64,000 nucleotides of DNA from Nitrospirales bacterium. GTDB lineage: Bacteria > Nitrospirota > Nitrospiria > Nitrospirales > UBA8639. Made by a program: the position numbers and the translations under genes. The notes beneath the pieces were generated by a model. It was not told the DNA's origin. It was given only the letters and a program-made list of their open reading frames with translations, and did not search any database. How positions within the stretch are numbered: the stretch's first letter is position 1; every line of letters begins with the position of its first letter. Where the stretch lies: the NCBI GenBank assembly GCA_965203295.1, contig CBDBCZ010000011.1, positions 320,001-384,000 of the forward strand. Reading direction: 5' to 3'. Below are positions 28,145 to 42,700 of this stretch, piece after piece.

Positions 28145-28415
28145 GTATTGTTGTACTACCACACTCTAATTACATGTGTACCGTGGCCACAAAATGTGTG
28201 GTATGTGATTTTGTGGGTTGGAATTATGAATATAAATAAACTTACATCTGATAATACGGTAATAAAATAATCTGATTTATACACTTATACACCCTCTGTG
28301 TACAAAAATAAAGGTTAAAAATAATAATATAGCAAGCAAAGCAAGCACTTGATTAATTCCATTATATCTCATCTGTATCCACAAACTCCACAATAAGATT
28401 TAGGCAGGTACTGCC

Positions 28416-29687
28416 TCACACTTCCTTTGGTCGCATCAACTGTAGAAGCAGTGTAACTACAGGAAGGGTAACTGCACTGTTCAGAAAGCCTCTGACAGCT
28501 GTTGGGCCAAACGCATGCCAAAACCCCCTCCACCCTCTAGTGTTGTAATGCTGCACAACGCAGTCCATCACACCTTTATACTTTAGTGGTTTTCCTGGGA
28601 CCCCATCACTCTGATACAGAGTCTTTATGACATCGATCGGGTACCACAGCCATGTTACTACCCCTGTTATGCCTCCAGCAAGAGACAGCTCCAGGACTCC
28701 CAAACTATCTTCAGACTTGTGGCGAAATTCAGCCATTTTTGCTTTCAGGAAGGTGAAAGTACTGAAGTAAATTCCAAACTGTGGCACCTCACGAAATAGA
28801 GTCACCCACCATCCCCTGAACAGCCCTTTGCGAAGTCCTTGTTTACGAAACGCCGTTATTGTCGTCTCCAAAGGTCCCTGGTAGTGCTGCATAACAGCCT
28901 CACCGCTTGCTGCTTGTGTGCTATTCAGCTTCATTTTCCTCATTGTCCACGACTCATGCTGCTGTCCTGCTCCCTGTTGCTGCATCCTAATCTTCATCAG
29001 CTCCATCGGACAGACAACAACAGTCTGCACTCCGCCGGCTATCATGCCGGAAATTCCATTTGCCGTGATCCTACTCCTGAGAGAGCTATCCCCTGCTTCT
29101 GGCAGCCTTCGGTAGACGTTGTCCTGCACTCCGAAAACGATAGCATTAATGAAGGCCTGGCCAATCAGTGGGTGAGTCATCCCTTTGAATACACCTCGTA
29201 TCTATAATATCAGCAGGAATACCAATCATAAGTATTGTTAACTCAACTGTCATTATACAAATTCACACTCAAGTTGGTTGTCACTCTCTAAACTCCCGCA
29301 CCTTCACAATGAGTTTAGAAACTTACACTAGACAACTCTGTACATGTAGTGATTTATTTACAATCTAGCTACCTTCTCTTTTCTCAAAATCTCGAGGAAA
29401 GCCACAACGCCATTACTGTATGTCTTCTGTACACCACGCGATACCATCCGAATCTGCGAGAGAGATCGATACAAAACGTTAATTCATACGCTAGTCAGCG
29501 AGCTCAACGGATGTCTACTAACTCACCCTGATCGTGTCCAACGGATGGCTGGCAATCAGACCACCGCAACCTTCAAAAATTAAGAAAATGTTCAATAGCT
29601 ACTACTCCTGTACAACCAGTACGCACACTAGTAAGATGGCTTACCTCCTAGAAAGCCTGCAGCGTAACTTTGAACGTCCTTTCCCAT
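28416..29687 (-). CDS. Mitochondrial carrier (SLC25 family; basic amino acid/carnitine-carrier-like, SLC25A29/45/48 group)
   Basis: Exons 29687-29645, 29570-29527, 29453-29373 and 29201-28416. Three Px[DE]xx[KR] signatures: HPLDTIR, CPMELMK, YPIDVIK. Exact orthologue not resolved. Confidence 0.9.
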
Positions 29688-31376
29688 GGCATGTCAACTT
29701 TTCGCACGTCCAGTTGGGCAGGGCAGGGGAGGGGGGCGAGGAAGTGTCATATGACTACACTGTTAACTGCATTTTTGTATCATAGTTGCATAGTTACGTT
29801 ACGGGTCTGTAGCCAAGTTACCCAGGCCCCGCCTACCCTAAATAAGGGTGGGAGCTAGGCCCCGCCTACCCGAAATGGGGGTGGGCGGGGCCTGAGTACG
29901 ACGGATACACAAATAGCAGTAAGCTAGTAAATGCACGCACAACAGACTGTAAGTGCAGTATTATAATAATAAGTCTTAAATACAATAATTGAGGATCTCT
30001 GAAAGTGAAAAAGTAATAAACAGTAATCAACACAGACATGTACTAGTCTGGGGGACCCCGCCCCTCGCGTTAAACGGATACCAGACTCTAACTTTCCCGT
30101 CGAGAGTCTGGCTACGCGAGACTAGACATGTACATGTACAATGTCCTCAGGTAAATAATACCACCTTTACTGTATAGAGTGAGGAGAATAGAAGATGCTA
30201 GTCTTTGAGGAAGGTTACTGAAGGATCTAGTAGAGTGCGAGGGATTGGACCCGCATGGAACTACAATATCTGCTTGAGGGGAATAACACAAACCATGAAA
30301 GGTTCATATATGGGAGGTAGAGGCTATGATTTTCCAAGGATGATAAACTCTGAACAGATCTAAAACCTTGTCGTAGCCCATATCTCAATGTTTTGAGCAC
30401 ATTCTGGGACGTATTTTTGAACGTTTTCAAGTGAAGGCTTGTTTTGTAGTAGATGAGGGTTGTTGCATACATGTATTATATAATTCTATATGGGCTGAAG
30501 TAAGCTTCTGCCATGCATATTAATATGTTGGTAGTAACATCTGTAAAAGGAGACCAATTAATGATTTTACGTGCTTTGCTACGTGCATGTACATACACCT
30601 TGAACATGCATGGTGGCTTCATGCTAAAATCATTAAGGGAGAGAGGGCTAACCCTTTCACCGGTAGAGACCTGCTTCCATAACGCCCATATGAATTTATA
30701 TGGTGTTTTTATATTAGGCGTTAATATAAAGTATGGGCTTTGTTTTAGTTTCTTTGGGCAGTAAAATGGCCTATACCGGTGAAAGGGCTAACTGTTAGTA
30801 GTGGTTCCCTTTCCAATAGTTTAACATCAGGGTGGTCCATTCAATCACTTAGTGCGTCAATATCAACTTGGAGAGCAAGATAGTTCCCATTGGTAGAGAT
30901 GGGGTGGTACAGCAAAATGTAATTAGCATAATATAGACAAATTTAGGTATATACATGTACTCCCCACAGAACAAGAGAGATGTAGCTATCTGAGTGATGT
31001 CAGCCTATTTAAAAAACAGGAGAGGACCCAAGAGCGTTGAGGTATACTCTTGAAATCGCATGACTATACATCAAACACATTCCCCTCACTCTCATGTAAT
31101 ACACAGCAATTTATATAAGCAATTCCAAGACACTGCATGGCCCCTTAGGCCTAGACACTTGCAGACTAAGAGTCTAACTATATATATAGGTACTTGTACC
31201 ATAATGCACCTCTACATGAAAGGCACCGCCCAGGGTATATCAGCCATACACCCTAGCGGCTCGTTTGAACTGTCAATATACCCTAGGGTATATGGTTGCC
31301 AGGCAACTAATGCTTCTCCATTAGCGCTTGTCATAACTAACAGCGTTTGTAATTGTATTATGGTACAAGTCACCTG

Positions 31377-31512
31377 TACCATGGGTTTCTAGGGTGTATG
31401 GGTTTGTACTCTTCGTGCAGTTATATGTATTCCCTCGGGCTGCGCCCTCGGGAATACATATAACTGCCCTCAGAGTACAAATCCCATACACCCTAGAAAC
31501 CCATGGTACAAC
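31377..31512. repeat. Palindromic hairpin element with CTCGGGCTGCGCCCTCG core
   Basis: Arms taccatgggtttctagggtgtatggg...tatgtattccc / gggaatacata...cccatacaccctagaaacccatggta. Confidence 0.85.
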
Positions 31513-31606
31513 TATTACATATTAAAGTATAAACAAGCCTTACATGTAGCTAACTATACAGAATGCAAATAATGCTGGTATAGATGAAGGATGCATGATT
31601 GTACAA

Positions 31607-34600
31607 TCACTTTAAGATTTCTGTGCTGCTATTAATAGTTCTAAGACTAATCTGATTTAGAGTCTGCTGTGTGCGGCGTTTCTTCAGCCGGCGTGAGAGT
31701 ATCTTCTTTATTTCTTGAACATTCAACACGTATATAAGGTTGACAACAGGGAACATTCCAACTATAAGGAGGGCAGCTATCAGTACCATTCGGCTATTAA
31801 ACCTTTCAAAGTTTCTTGCACAAACTGCATTGGAACCAGTCGATTCACAGAGATAATAATCAGAAACAGCTGTTGTGAACTGCGAAAAGTCAGCTGTTGG
31901 AATGGTAATGGCAGCAAGCATGAAAGCACTCAGCAAAAAGTAATAGCATAAAGCAATGAGGATTTTGATCTCTGCCATGTTCATACGCAACTGTTGTCTG
32001 ACGTTCATATACTTTGCCTTAAAATTCCAACCCTGCAAAAGGAAAACTATTCAATAAGAACATTTCACTGAAGTAATATTAATAGAATAGCACCAATTAA
32101 GGTTCAGTTATACCTTGTCTTTAGGGCACTCCTTTTGCTGTGGAGTCTTTGTCCTGCGTATAAGAATCAAAAATATTGTTACAATTAGAGACACTCCAAT
32201 CCCCAACAGTAGACATCCGGGTGGTACGAATGTATGGAACAGAACATCTACATCCTTTGCGACGCAAAGAAAGGGAGGGAAAAAAGGAGAATAACTCCCT
32301 CCAGTAGCAATAACAACAGCTACTGATACAAATGGAAGAATAATTGCCATGGCCACCATTCCAATGTGAATATATTTGAAGTGGCCTTTCTGTTGAAAGG
32401 TTCTGGCGTGAAACGGAAACGTCAGGCCCCAAAGTACCCCAGCGATGTGTGTGTTCCAGAGAATAAGCTCTGAGAGGAATGTGTAGTGAAACACTGCACC
32501 TGTAAAAGAAAATGGTGGTTATTGTATTGTTGCATGCAGACCAGAATACATGGAGATTTTAAATAAGCGCCTTATTTCTGCTATACATAGGATTGAATAA
32601 GAATTTATTACCATGTTAATGTTTTGTATATACATACCTTGAAGATTGCAGTAAAATGTCGAACTTTGAAGTGCACTCTCTATAATATTCTGTGTCTTAC
32701 AGAACAACTTAGTTCTGTTTGTGTAGCCGATTAACAAAGAAATTTCGAATAGGCCCAATGGTAACATTTCATAGAGAACAAACACTGCTGGAAACTTGAA
32801 CCTATACAGAATTGAGAGAAAATTAAACAGCTGCAGGCACATATTAACATCTTATAAATATTTAACTTACATGCGCTCATTCTGAATGCAAGAGAGCACC
32901 AGTACCACTGCAGCAGAAACAATGTACACAACTGCTTGAAACACAACTACAACATCTGTGATCACAATAACTGCATGAGGCAGCTCTTCCCATTCTCCAC
33001 ACTTCGGCTGGCATGTTCCTCCGGCATCATAGAAGCCATCACTGCACACTAGTGCAGGAGTAACATTGGGTCGTGACGACATGTCAGCAGCTCCACTTGT
33101 TGAAGTTGTGTTGCCTATGATGATATACTGCATTTGAATCTGAATTGGATTGTACAAACATGCGTTTAATATACATACCTGAACACATTAAAGTGATGTT
33201 TGGGAATGATTCACATGGTGGTACTTGAAGAGTCGCAATTAGAGGCATAGCTCGTTGAAACTCTGGTGCACACGTGTTCATGAGAGCATTGCAGTCCTCC
33301 AAAGAGGGTAGATGAAGTTCTCTAGTGCTGTTGTCACAAAATCCAAAGATTGAGAAACAGATGAATGGTACAATTGCCTCACTGCAGTTGTCACTTGGGG
33401 TTAGCAGCTGCAAGCCTGCTAGAAGTTGCATGGCCTGTGTCTCCAGCTCTTGTTGGGGCTCCCTCACAGGTATCAATATGTCACTATCTCCAACACCAGT
33501 AAGACACTCCTGCTGTGCTTGCAAGTGTTCTCTGCATACAGCACCAGTGTAGACCACTGGAGTGCACGATGCATTTGTGCTGACTCCTCCTTCGCTTGCA
33601 ATGTCCTGAATTGATCAAAGAGTAATAATTGAAGGGCTGAGAACCAGAGTGGTCTAACCTAATATAGAAGGAACTTCCACCTCCCAAACTTGAGACAAAA
33701 ATGTAATTTATACACTGCAAAAAATATGTTTGTGACTACTGAGTGGATACCCGATCTGGGTAGCTATGGATGTAGGAGTTAGATCACAAAGTGGTGATTT
33801 GTTACTCCTAAGATATATTTTGGCATTTCATACAAATTATGTACAAATTGTGAGTCTTTTTATCTACATGGGACTCAACATTCCAAATGGAGGAGGTTCC
33901 AGGAACCTTCTCCAGTTACTGAGTCACATGTTACATGTATATAGTGATGAAAGACTCACAAAAATGTATGACGTATTCAAAACACCACTTTGAGGTCTAA
34001 CTCCTACATACATGCACTGTCATCTGCACTTCAGGTAACCACTAAGTACATAGTCAACATAGTGAAGAGCTAGTTACTCAAAAGTTAAGACTTTCATCAT
34101 AATTGTCATACACTCATGCACTTTTAAATTGATTTTGTACAAATTATGCACTTTTTAGTGCTTGATTTTGGGTTGGCCCACTATGGCTCTCAGCCCTTCA
34201 TTATTGAGCTTGGCAAACAAGATTGTAAGGGGCGTGTTCTTCCGCTTCCGCTGTTTAATATCGACCGACAGATTAATGCCATTGCGCTATTTCGCATCCC
34301 AAAGAAGACATCGAACTATATATAGTCCACCACGGTGTGGCTACAGTACGCCTTGCACTCTCTTTTGTCGTATTTATAGAGGAGCACTACTTTAGTTTCA
34401 CCGAGTCAATGTATACTCAAGAGACGTGTCTCCAGGTTGCGAATTGCGTTGTATAGTCAGGTTCGCGAGCCATGGCCAGACACCGAGAGTGCAGTGGCCC
34501 GCGAGACTATTTAATGTCGCTCCACAGTAATCTTATTTTACATTAATATTACATTATTCGGCATGCATTTACTTACTCGAGGAAGGTGATAGAAGATTAT

Positions 34601-34699
34601 GGGTAGAGTCAGAAGGATCCAGAACACAGCAATCACTACCACAGCTATCACCAGCCCTGTGTACCTCCTAGGCTTAGACTGCGATTCTTTGCCACCCAT
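31607..34699 (-). CDS. Frizzled/Smoothened-like CRD-7TM receptor, copy 1 (apparently intact)
   Basis: Exons 34699-34577, 33605-33179, 33114-32871, 32801-32638, 32499-32114, 32032-31607. N-terminal hydrophobic segment, Cys-rich Fz-type domain, CxxGF..CxPxCxxW linker, seven hydrophobic helices, FKFPA in ICL1, Cys pair in ECL3. Confidence 0.8.
33630..34200. mobile_element. MITE with TIR tgaagggctgaga/tctcagcccttca in intron 1 of receptor copy 1
   Basis: Inverted termini; a homologous copy at 37537-37994 is flanked by TATA on both sides. Confidence 0.8.
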
Positions 34700-35025
34700 T
34701 CTAGTCAAGTCAGTAGATGGAATGCCTTAGCCTGTCTTATAGCTGTCCATTATTCATATGCAGCAGCTGGTGGGAGTACTGGTAGTCTACACGAACGCAT
34801 CCTTAATTAATTGCCAAGCGGAAGTAGCCGCTGTGCATGCAATAAAATGGCTGTACTGACTCAATCGCAGCATACCGCTGCTTCGGTACGCACCCTCTAA
34901 GCGCTACAAACAGTCCATCCGCCAGCGGACGCATTGCGATAATTTAATTGCACGCCAGGAAGTGACGTCACACGGTCACTCCAGCTAGCTGCCTTGTGCA
35001 AAGATGGCCGATCTGCTCAAGACAC

Positions 35026-35641
35026 TAGCCATTAGCGACAGAAGGTTAGCCTCGATAATTAACCCTTTTCTCACGTGCATCGATAGGTCAAAGATCAGGC
35101 GACGCGCATGCGCATTGCGTAACTACACAAAATGCCATCACAGTTGTGAAGGCAATGCAGCAGCAGTCTCAGACAGAAGCAAAGGTTCTACCAATCAAAA
35201 GACACTATGCTCCAAACGCAAATCACGAGAAGCAACTTCGCTTTTTTTCCACTAAACGAAAGCGGACATCAACCACCAGTGGGTTGGGCAAGCTCTCATT
35301 GGAAGAAAGTAAACAGTGTAAATCGAAGCTAACTTCACTAGGTTTTGCGCTGTTTGCCTTCAGGAAGACGATCGTTCTTCATCTGCTAGTGGAGAGCTGG
35401 TGACCTGGCTTCAGTGTTCCATCTGCACAATGTGGGTGCACACAGCACCATCTTAATGATACACTCCCAGATGACTACATTTGTAACTACTGTGCTGAGG
35501 AGTAATCCAGCAAACATTTTACACTGTTCACTTCACTATAGAGGCTTACTATTGAGAAAAGGGTTAAAGTATTAAATAATCTTCCGCCTCACGTGAGAAA
35601 AGGGTTAATTATCGAGGCTAACCTTCTGTCGCTAATGGCTA
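35026..35641. mobile_element. Non-autonomous element with ~52-bp TIRs (TAG...CTA ends) and PHD-finger relic
   Basis: tagccattagcgacagaaggttagcctcgataattaacccttttctcacgtg and its reverse complement. Relic WLQCSICTMWVH...YICNYC at ~35405-35495. Confidence 0.8.
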
Positions 35642-36399
35642 GTCTCAAGACTGCATCGTGCGATCAATCTTCACATTATCCCTTGTTTTAATATCTTAGA
35701 GAAGAAAGAGTGCATTGAAGCTAACCAAATGGCGAGGAGAAGTGCATTTGGACGTCGATCAAGTTTTTACGTGGATAGTAAATGCTGGCCTCATGGCTGA
35801 AGCCTGCGTGCAAGTAACCTTTAGCGTGATGTCTGTCCACACCAGTGGCGCGGACACAGCAAATCGCAATGGTAAGTCAATCCTCATTGTTTTGGCATGC
35901 TGTAAGTAGAGTGTTACGTTATTCTTGGTGGGGTAAAGTAGAAAGGGGCACAATTTAGAGTAAGTCGGTCTGTAACCCTGAATTCAGCACTTATTAACCT
36001 AACATTACATGGTGGTCCTTTAGCTAGGCACTGATAGTTTGTTATGAGATGCTGCTGGTAGCCCAATTCTTAATATCAGATACTGCACAGAACGTGTTAT
36101 GCTATAGTGTGGGGTACTGTCTCAGTAAAAATGGACCCCCAAAATTGGTTCCCCCCCCCCCAGAACTAATGTTTAAAAAATTATGGACCCCCCGGAACTT
36201 GTTTTACAGACCCCCTCCGATACATTCGGACCCTTCTAAGTTACATGCCAGAACTATTTTTTTGGAACCCCCAGAACCTTTTCTTTGGATAATAGGGACC
36301 CCCTCATAGCTGTCCTTAATGCGAATAAACAACATGGACAGTTTACAAACACTTGTTACAAAACCAGGATAAACTACTATCAAGATGGCTAGGTAGCGG

Positions 36400-36580
36400 T
36401 GCCTTCATTTTACCGATGTTGAAAAAGACTTCGCCTTGATCTATGGTTAGGAGGGCAGCATGTTCACTGTCAGCTCTTTTCTTTTTCTTAGTGAGCTCGG
36501 GAGGGTAAGAGCCGTCCAGAGCATACTGAATGGCATACTCAAGTATCTCATCTGCCTTTTTGCTGTCACTCTCCGCCATT
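36400..36580 (-). pseudogene. Relic resembling the N-terminus of Gypsy-integrase-like (GIN/Ginger-type) proteins
   Basis: YALDGSYPPELTKKKKRA...LTIDQGEVFF resembles the GxYP...KR...F..GxL leader; short and truncated. Confidence 0.4.
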
Positions 36581-39500
36581 GGCATTGCGGCGATCCAAAA
36601 GACAACTAGTATACATGTATACAAGAAAAGCAATAGCATCTTTAATGTTAATACACCCCTGACAGGCACTGACTTGCCTTCAGCCAGTAAACAATCCAAA
36701 CTTGCACGTACAGGCCTACAAATTTTTCGGGGGGAGTCCATACATTTCAGAAAACTTTGTTCACACTGTGAGCCAATCGGATTCAAGCTTTGTAAAACGT
36801 CATGAGAAGATTTCGTCAATAGTGTGGTCTGACCAGTCAGATAGCAGTTTTACTGCAGGATCTCTTTTGTTGATAGTTTGCGTGTGTCGTCATATCACAA
36901 CGTCTGCATTCCAGATTGACGGGTTCATTACTGTAGGACTCTGTACCAGGCTCTAACTTTTCCATCGAGAGTCTGGCTACCAGACTATGCTATGTAGTGG
37001 ATAGTACATGTATGTAACTGCTATTGGTATCTTCATCTGTTGTGTAATCTAGTTCACTTGCTATCACCATGTCTTCATCTAATTCTTCAAACATATGGTT
37101 ACAAGCTCATGATCATCTGTTGTCTGCATGTGGTCTTCTGTCTAGGTGATATGCTATTGTGAAGCTCGCTACTACTGGAAGGTATGCTCCAATTAGAACG
37201 ATTGACACATTTGCATATAGTTCCATAGAACTGAATAGTAAACTCCACTAGATATATAGTTTACCTGCAGCTGTATTATACAGATACAGCAGCTTAATGC
37301 AGCACACAACCATTAAAGCTATTTACGTAATATTTATATCCCAGTTGGCAGTGCATTACGGGATTTAATTAGTGTGTGAGGACAATTAAGTAACGGTCGA
37401 GTGTGCATTATCCACTTGAGTCAGTTGCTTTATTGTCCGAGCGCACTGATTAGTCCCGTATTGCACTGCCAACTGGTTATAAGGTATTTAGTGCTCTCAC
37501 TGACCTGAGACAGGCACAGTTCTATTGGGTGTTATATGAAGGGCTGAGAACCAGAGTGGTCTAACCAAATTAAAGAAACTTCCTCCTCCCAAACTTGAGA
37601 CCAAAAAATATAATAAGAATACCTGATCTGAGTAGCTATAGGGGTAGGAGTTAGACCACAAAGTGGTGACTTGTTACTCCTATGATATTCCATACAAATT
37701 ATGTACAAATTGTGAGTCTTTAATCTATCCACATGGGACTAAACATGGTAACTGGAGTGAGGTTCCTGGAACCTTCTCCAGTTACTATGTTGAGTCCCTT
37801 GATATAGCAGATGAAAGACTCACAAAAATGTTCTACATGTCAAGTGACACCACTTCGAGGTCTAACTCCTACCTACACACAGCAATGAAAGATTTCACAT
37901 TATTTGTCATACACTCGTACACTTTAAAGTACAATTATGCACTTTCCAGTAGCTACTTCATTTGAGTTGGCCCACTATGGCTCTCAGCCCTTCATATACA
38001 AGTGTGCATTATATATCCAGTGTGCATTAAGGCATGGTTATGTAATCGGTTTTGAGACTACTGATTCGTCAAAGGTCGCGTGAGTAGCAATAATAAGTGT
38101 TTTAAGTACATGTGCTCACAAATAAAGTACAAGTGGCTCCCCCCCCCCCCCCCCCCCGTTTGTGTATATATAGAAGGCACTTGTTAACACAAGAAGTTTC
38201 TTTTACTTGGCCTCATTACTGCTGCTTTTTAATTCTCTAGATGAAGAACCTCCATACCGTAGTGATATCCTGGAACGTGCTGCAGCAGTGGATCTCCTAT
38301 GCCGGCCAAAGTGTGTTTTTATCTTGCCCTTGCACACATAACAGTGAACAGATTTCAATTTTTGAAAGTTTGACAGTATGTACCAGGTATTTAGTAATGC
38401 TTCTCTTTCAGGCGGTGCTGCAGATGATGCCTGTGGTGATGAAGATAGGAGTGGCTATAGCAAGTGTTTGTAACAGAGGACATGGAATATTTTAATTTCA
38501 GGAGGAGGACCTCTCCATTAGGCATGCACTGATTAACATTTAATAAGAAATTGGGAGGGGTAAAGTTGAAAGGGGCAGTGTTCTACTGACCGTGGTTGAC
38601 GGGCCTGTCGTAGGTGGGGTGTGCTTCGAGAGACACTACTCCTGTAGCACTGCAGTTGGAAGACTACGCTTGGTACCGCGAGGGAGAGCAAGACCAGTAG
38701 TTGATAACCGTGCAACATGTAAATGTATTGTGAGGGTGATGTGCATGCAGTCGCTGCAGCTGCAGCGTGGATTTTGAGACCCGCCTTCCATCAGCGCGCT
38801 TCCGCTTTTACCGGTGATGACGTGTACAAATAAATGTTACTATATTTAGTAACATCCAAACTATAGCCAACCCGTAGTCTCGCGTGCCTAAGCCAACCCG
38901 GTGGTAGTTGGCTGGTTCTCGAGCGATAACTAACGATGGCATGGCCCAACTTTGATTTTTTGGGCAGCATGGTGCAAAGCCAAGGAGGGAGCAGATAACG
39001 TACTGTAGAGTAAACTTTCTCCAGGACTACAACATACTGAAACGCCTTTACTGTAGCTTAGCCAGAATTCAGAAAAAAAAACGGTCGAAAAAATCCACTA
39101 ATTTCGCACCTAGCCACATGCGATTGCAAAGGGCTAGGCGGTTCAAACAAGCGCCAAGTTATTCGCCTATCTTTTCTCTTTGCACTGGAGAAGGTTGCAT
39201 GCTCATACCTTGCATGAATCGAGAGACACGTTGTTATAAACCCGGCAGTGCCCAATGCTTCCGGTTTGCTGGACCAACTTCGATTTTTTGGGCAAGCATG
39301 TGCAAAACTTAGTACAGGCACAAGAATTGCTGTGCAAGCACATTCCAACCTAAACCACAAGCATTGCAAATATTTAGTAGATTGAGAAGCGTGCAGCGGA
39401 GATATACTGTTGCAAACTTACAAAAATTACTGAACAGAGGCTCTCGTGACTACATTGCAACACGATATCATGACGTCACGGAACACGCGTGCACCGCACT

Positions 39501-39743
39501 GCGTATTGACCGCAATACACGCGCTCGGAGAGAGAGGAAATTCCAAGGTTAGTTTTTACATGAACAGGAATTCAGCTGCAATTGTGTGTGAATGAATAAC
39601 AGTATATAGGCACAAAATTACTAGCAAATACAGTAAATGAGGGTCCATTCCATTTCTGGGCAGAGGATCTTGGTACAACACTTTCACATGAACTTCTCTG
39701 CCCCAATTGATGTACAGTCCGTTTATGCTGCTCCTGTGGAAGA

Positions 39744-42700
39744 ATGAGATTGATTGTTGCATTGGTTGTGCTGGGATTAGCTGCTACTTTAGTAGCACTT
39801 TCTGAAAACCGACCACGGCAAGGAAAGAGAAAGTACAATGAGTCCGACTGTGAGCTAAAGCTGTTAATGAATCACATTATGTATATTACAGGGCCGGCTG
39901 TTGAACCTATGTCGGTGGCCGTGATGAAAGTGTACATGGCTGGTAAGATTAGTACCATCACAGGGACAGCTGTACTCGAGAAAGTACTCCACTTCAGGCA
40001 TACATTGCCTCCACACACACACCCAAAATTCTACGAATATCCTCTGTCGACTATTAGTCCCAATCGCCAGGGTGTCCCAGGGGGTAATGCCCACACAAGT
40101 ACCGCCAGTAACAGGCATAATGTCAGCATTAGATCTGGGGTAAGTGGGAAAAGGGGCTCAAACAGAGGGAATGATGATGTCGAGCCAGCGCCTAAACGAG
40201 GCAGAAGAGCGAAATATCATAAGCAATGTGGTGAATGCAGCCTGTGGATACAGTCTGGGTCTGATATCCAGGTCCAACACTTGCACCCCACAGCAAACAT
40301 GCGGCACCCAGGCTCAGAATCTCAAAATTTATCCCACTATGCATCATATGATGGGGTACAATTCCAGTTGCAGGGTGACAGCTGCATATGTGAGCCTTGC
40401 TATCGTGATTTTAGTCGGAACTCCCACAACAAAGAAAATCAAATTCCTAGGTGGTACAAAGTGCAACGGGAATTTTACAATTCACAACAAGTAGTACGTC
40501 ACCACTGCATCTTCTGTTGTACATCACAATCAGAGTGTCACTGTTTTGAAATACAAGATTGGGGGCCAGACGGTTGGTACGGGAAAGATAATCCCTGAAC
40601 ATGGCGACAATACCTGAGCTGCAACGGTTATGTTCCCCATGCAATTCCTGATTACTGTATGTAGATCGCACTACCGTAGAGTAAGGGAAATCATTGCTAA
40701 CAGGAAATGTACAACGTGTTCGACCAAATACTGCGATGCTGCATGGAAATTGGTCTGTGATGTAACAGATAGTGTAGACACAGTACGTGAACAGCTTGCG
40801 ATTCCAAGTGAGTCCGTGGGGTTCTTTGATTGGATGTGCAACAGGTGTCGACTCTTCGTAAGCGACTCTAATATGTTCACAGGAACAATTTTGAGTGACC
40901 AATCCTCCCCTGACCCTGTAACTGCTCAAAAGGCATTTCAAATTAATAATGCCCTTGAAAAGCTAAGAAAGGAAGGCCTTGTATTTGCTTCTCATGAAAT
41001 AGCTCAATTCAAATCTTTTCTCCGTTCTGTTCAAACAGATGCTACTGTTATCCCACGTATGGCCACAGTATTTAGTAACTATCTGGAACGCGTTATTTCA
41101 AAACAGTCCTTATCTTTTCATTCCTATTGCCCAGATGCTAAGAAATACGGTAGGGTATATTATAATGATAAAATATTTAACCCCCTATCCATACCATATG
41201 TATTCAACCAACATCTTGAAAATCAGAAGCTGGTTTCAGAAGTAGAACAGCTGCAAAAAAGCAGCCGGCTACGTTCTGACAAAGTGCGTGAAATGGTGAA
41301 GAATCAGACTACCTTGTTCCCATCAAGCGGAAAATTTGATTATCGTTCGATCATTACAGATGATGGGTCTATTAATGAAGCTGTTTTGAATAATTACTTT
41401 GATAAAGAATTGATGAGTTTGTCGACAGTATTACTACATCTGAACACTCTTAAACCCACCCCTTTTCACCATACTATAAGGACTGCCGGCAGATGAGAAT
41501 AAAAATGTCCATTGCCTTAATGGCTTTTACTATGAATCCACAGTCATGCTTCCTACAAACATTAACAGGTTTGCTCTGTTATGGTTATGGCCTAAGGGAC
41601 AAGGGATTTGACATTCTTAATGTACTTGGGTGTACATGCGGGATTGATACAATCAGAAAGCACGGTTCATACTGGGCTGAGCGTCGTTCAGCCACACAAG
41701 AGCTAAATCCAGCGAGTTTCTGGCGTCTATCTGTAGATAATCTCAACTTTAAAATCAAATTTGCCAAAAGTATAGGAAGTGGTAGCGCAGGTGCTAAAAA
41801 ACAACTCGATCTTTTAATTAACAGGTCAAGTCAACGATCGGTCGTGTACTTCTGTTAGTGGACAGCTCTGCACAGACTCTCTTAAGTCTGCCATTTTTAG
41901 GGATATGGAAATGGAAGCAATTACATATTATCAGAGCAGGCAGACCGGCGAGGACATGTTTGTGCTTAACATGCACTCAGCAGAGGGTAGATACTTAGAA
42001 CAATTCAGATATGAGTGTTTTGCTACTGCAGTAAAAAGAATGGAAGCTTCCTCCCTGACATTCCCTTATACCTTCATGGAGTCTGTTCAAAATAACATGA
42101 CACACTGGACACCCACAAAGCCAGACAAACCTTCAATATAATGTGGAATTTAAAGAAGGCATACCCAAACAGATTTAATTGGATGTACGTTCTTCATGGT
42201 GACTGGCACCTTTTGAATCTTCTCTCTCAGGTGGTTTGGACATTGCTGCGGGATGGGGGCCTGAAGCAGTTTTCTTTTCACTGCGGTTACAAGCATGAAC
42301 TTACCCAGTGGCAAGAAATACATCTCATGTTGATGGCTACACACGAAATTTTACTTAGAAAAGCTGTTACACAATATAAATCCCAATTACAGGAAAGATT
42401 CGCAATGTCATATGGTACAGTATTTTGGGAGTGGATCAATCACTTAAGTAGCCCTGCTAATCAGAATCAAATTTCAAGGTTCTGCAAAAGCATACACACT
42501 CTACCAGATGACATTATCACACACTTTTTACAAGGGGAGTGGACAACAAGCCTCAAGGGTCACAAATTCCGCAACCTAGCTCTGGACGAGGCCCATGAGT
42601 CTGTAATTAATCTAAGATTAAAACAAATCACTTCCCGACCATCACACTTTAGAACAGTAGAACTATCTAATTTCATGGCATATTTAGATAAGGTAGTTAA

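Noticed and set aside
39744..39810. Signal-peptide-like start MRLIVALVVLGLAATLVALS on the first Academ ORF
   Set aside because: Lies in a frameshift-riddled transposon gene and is probably an off-frame artefact; the downstream content looks nuclear (basic NLS-like stretch, CxxC motifs).
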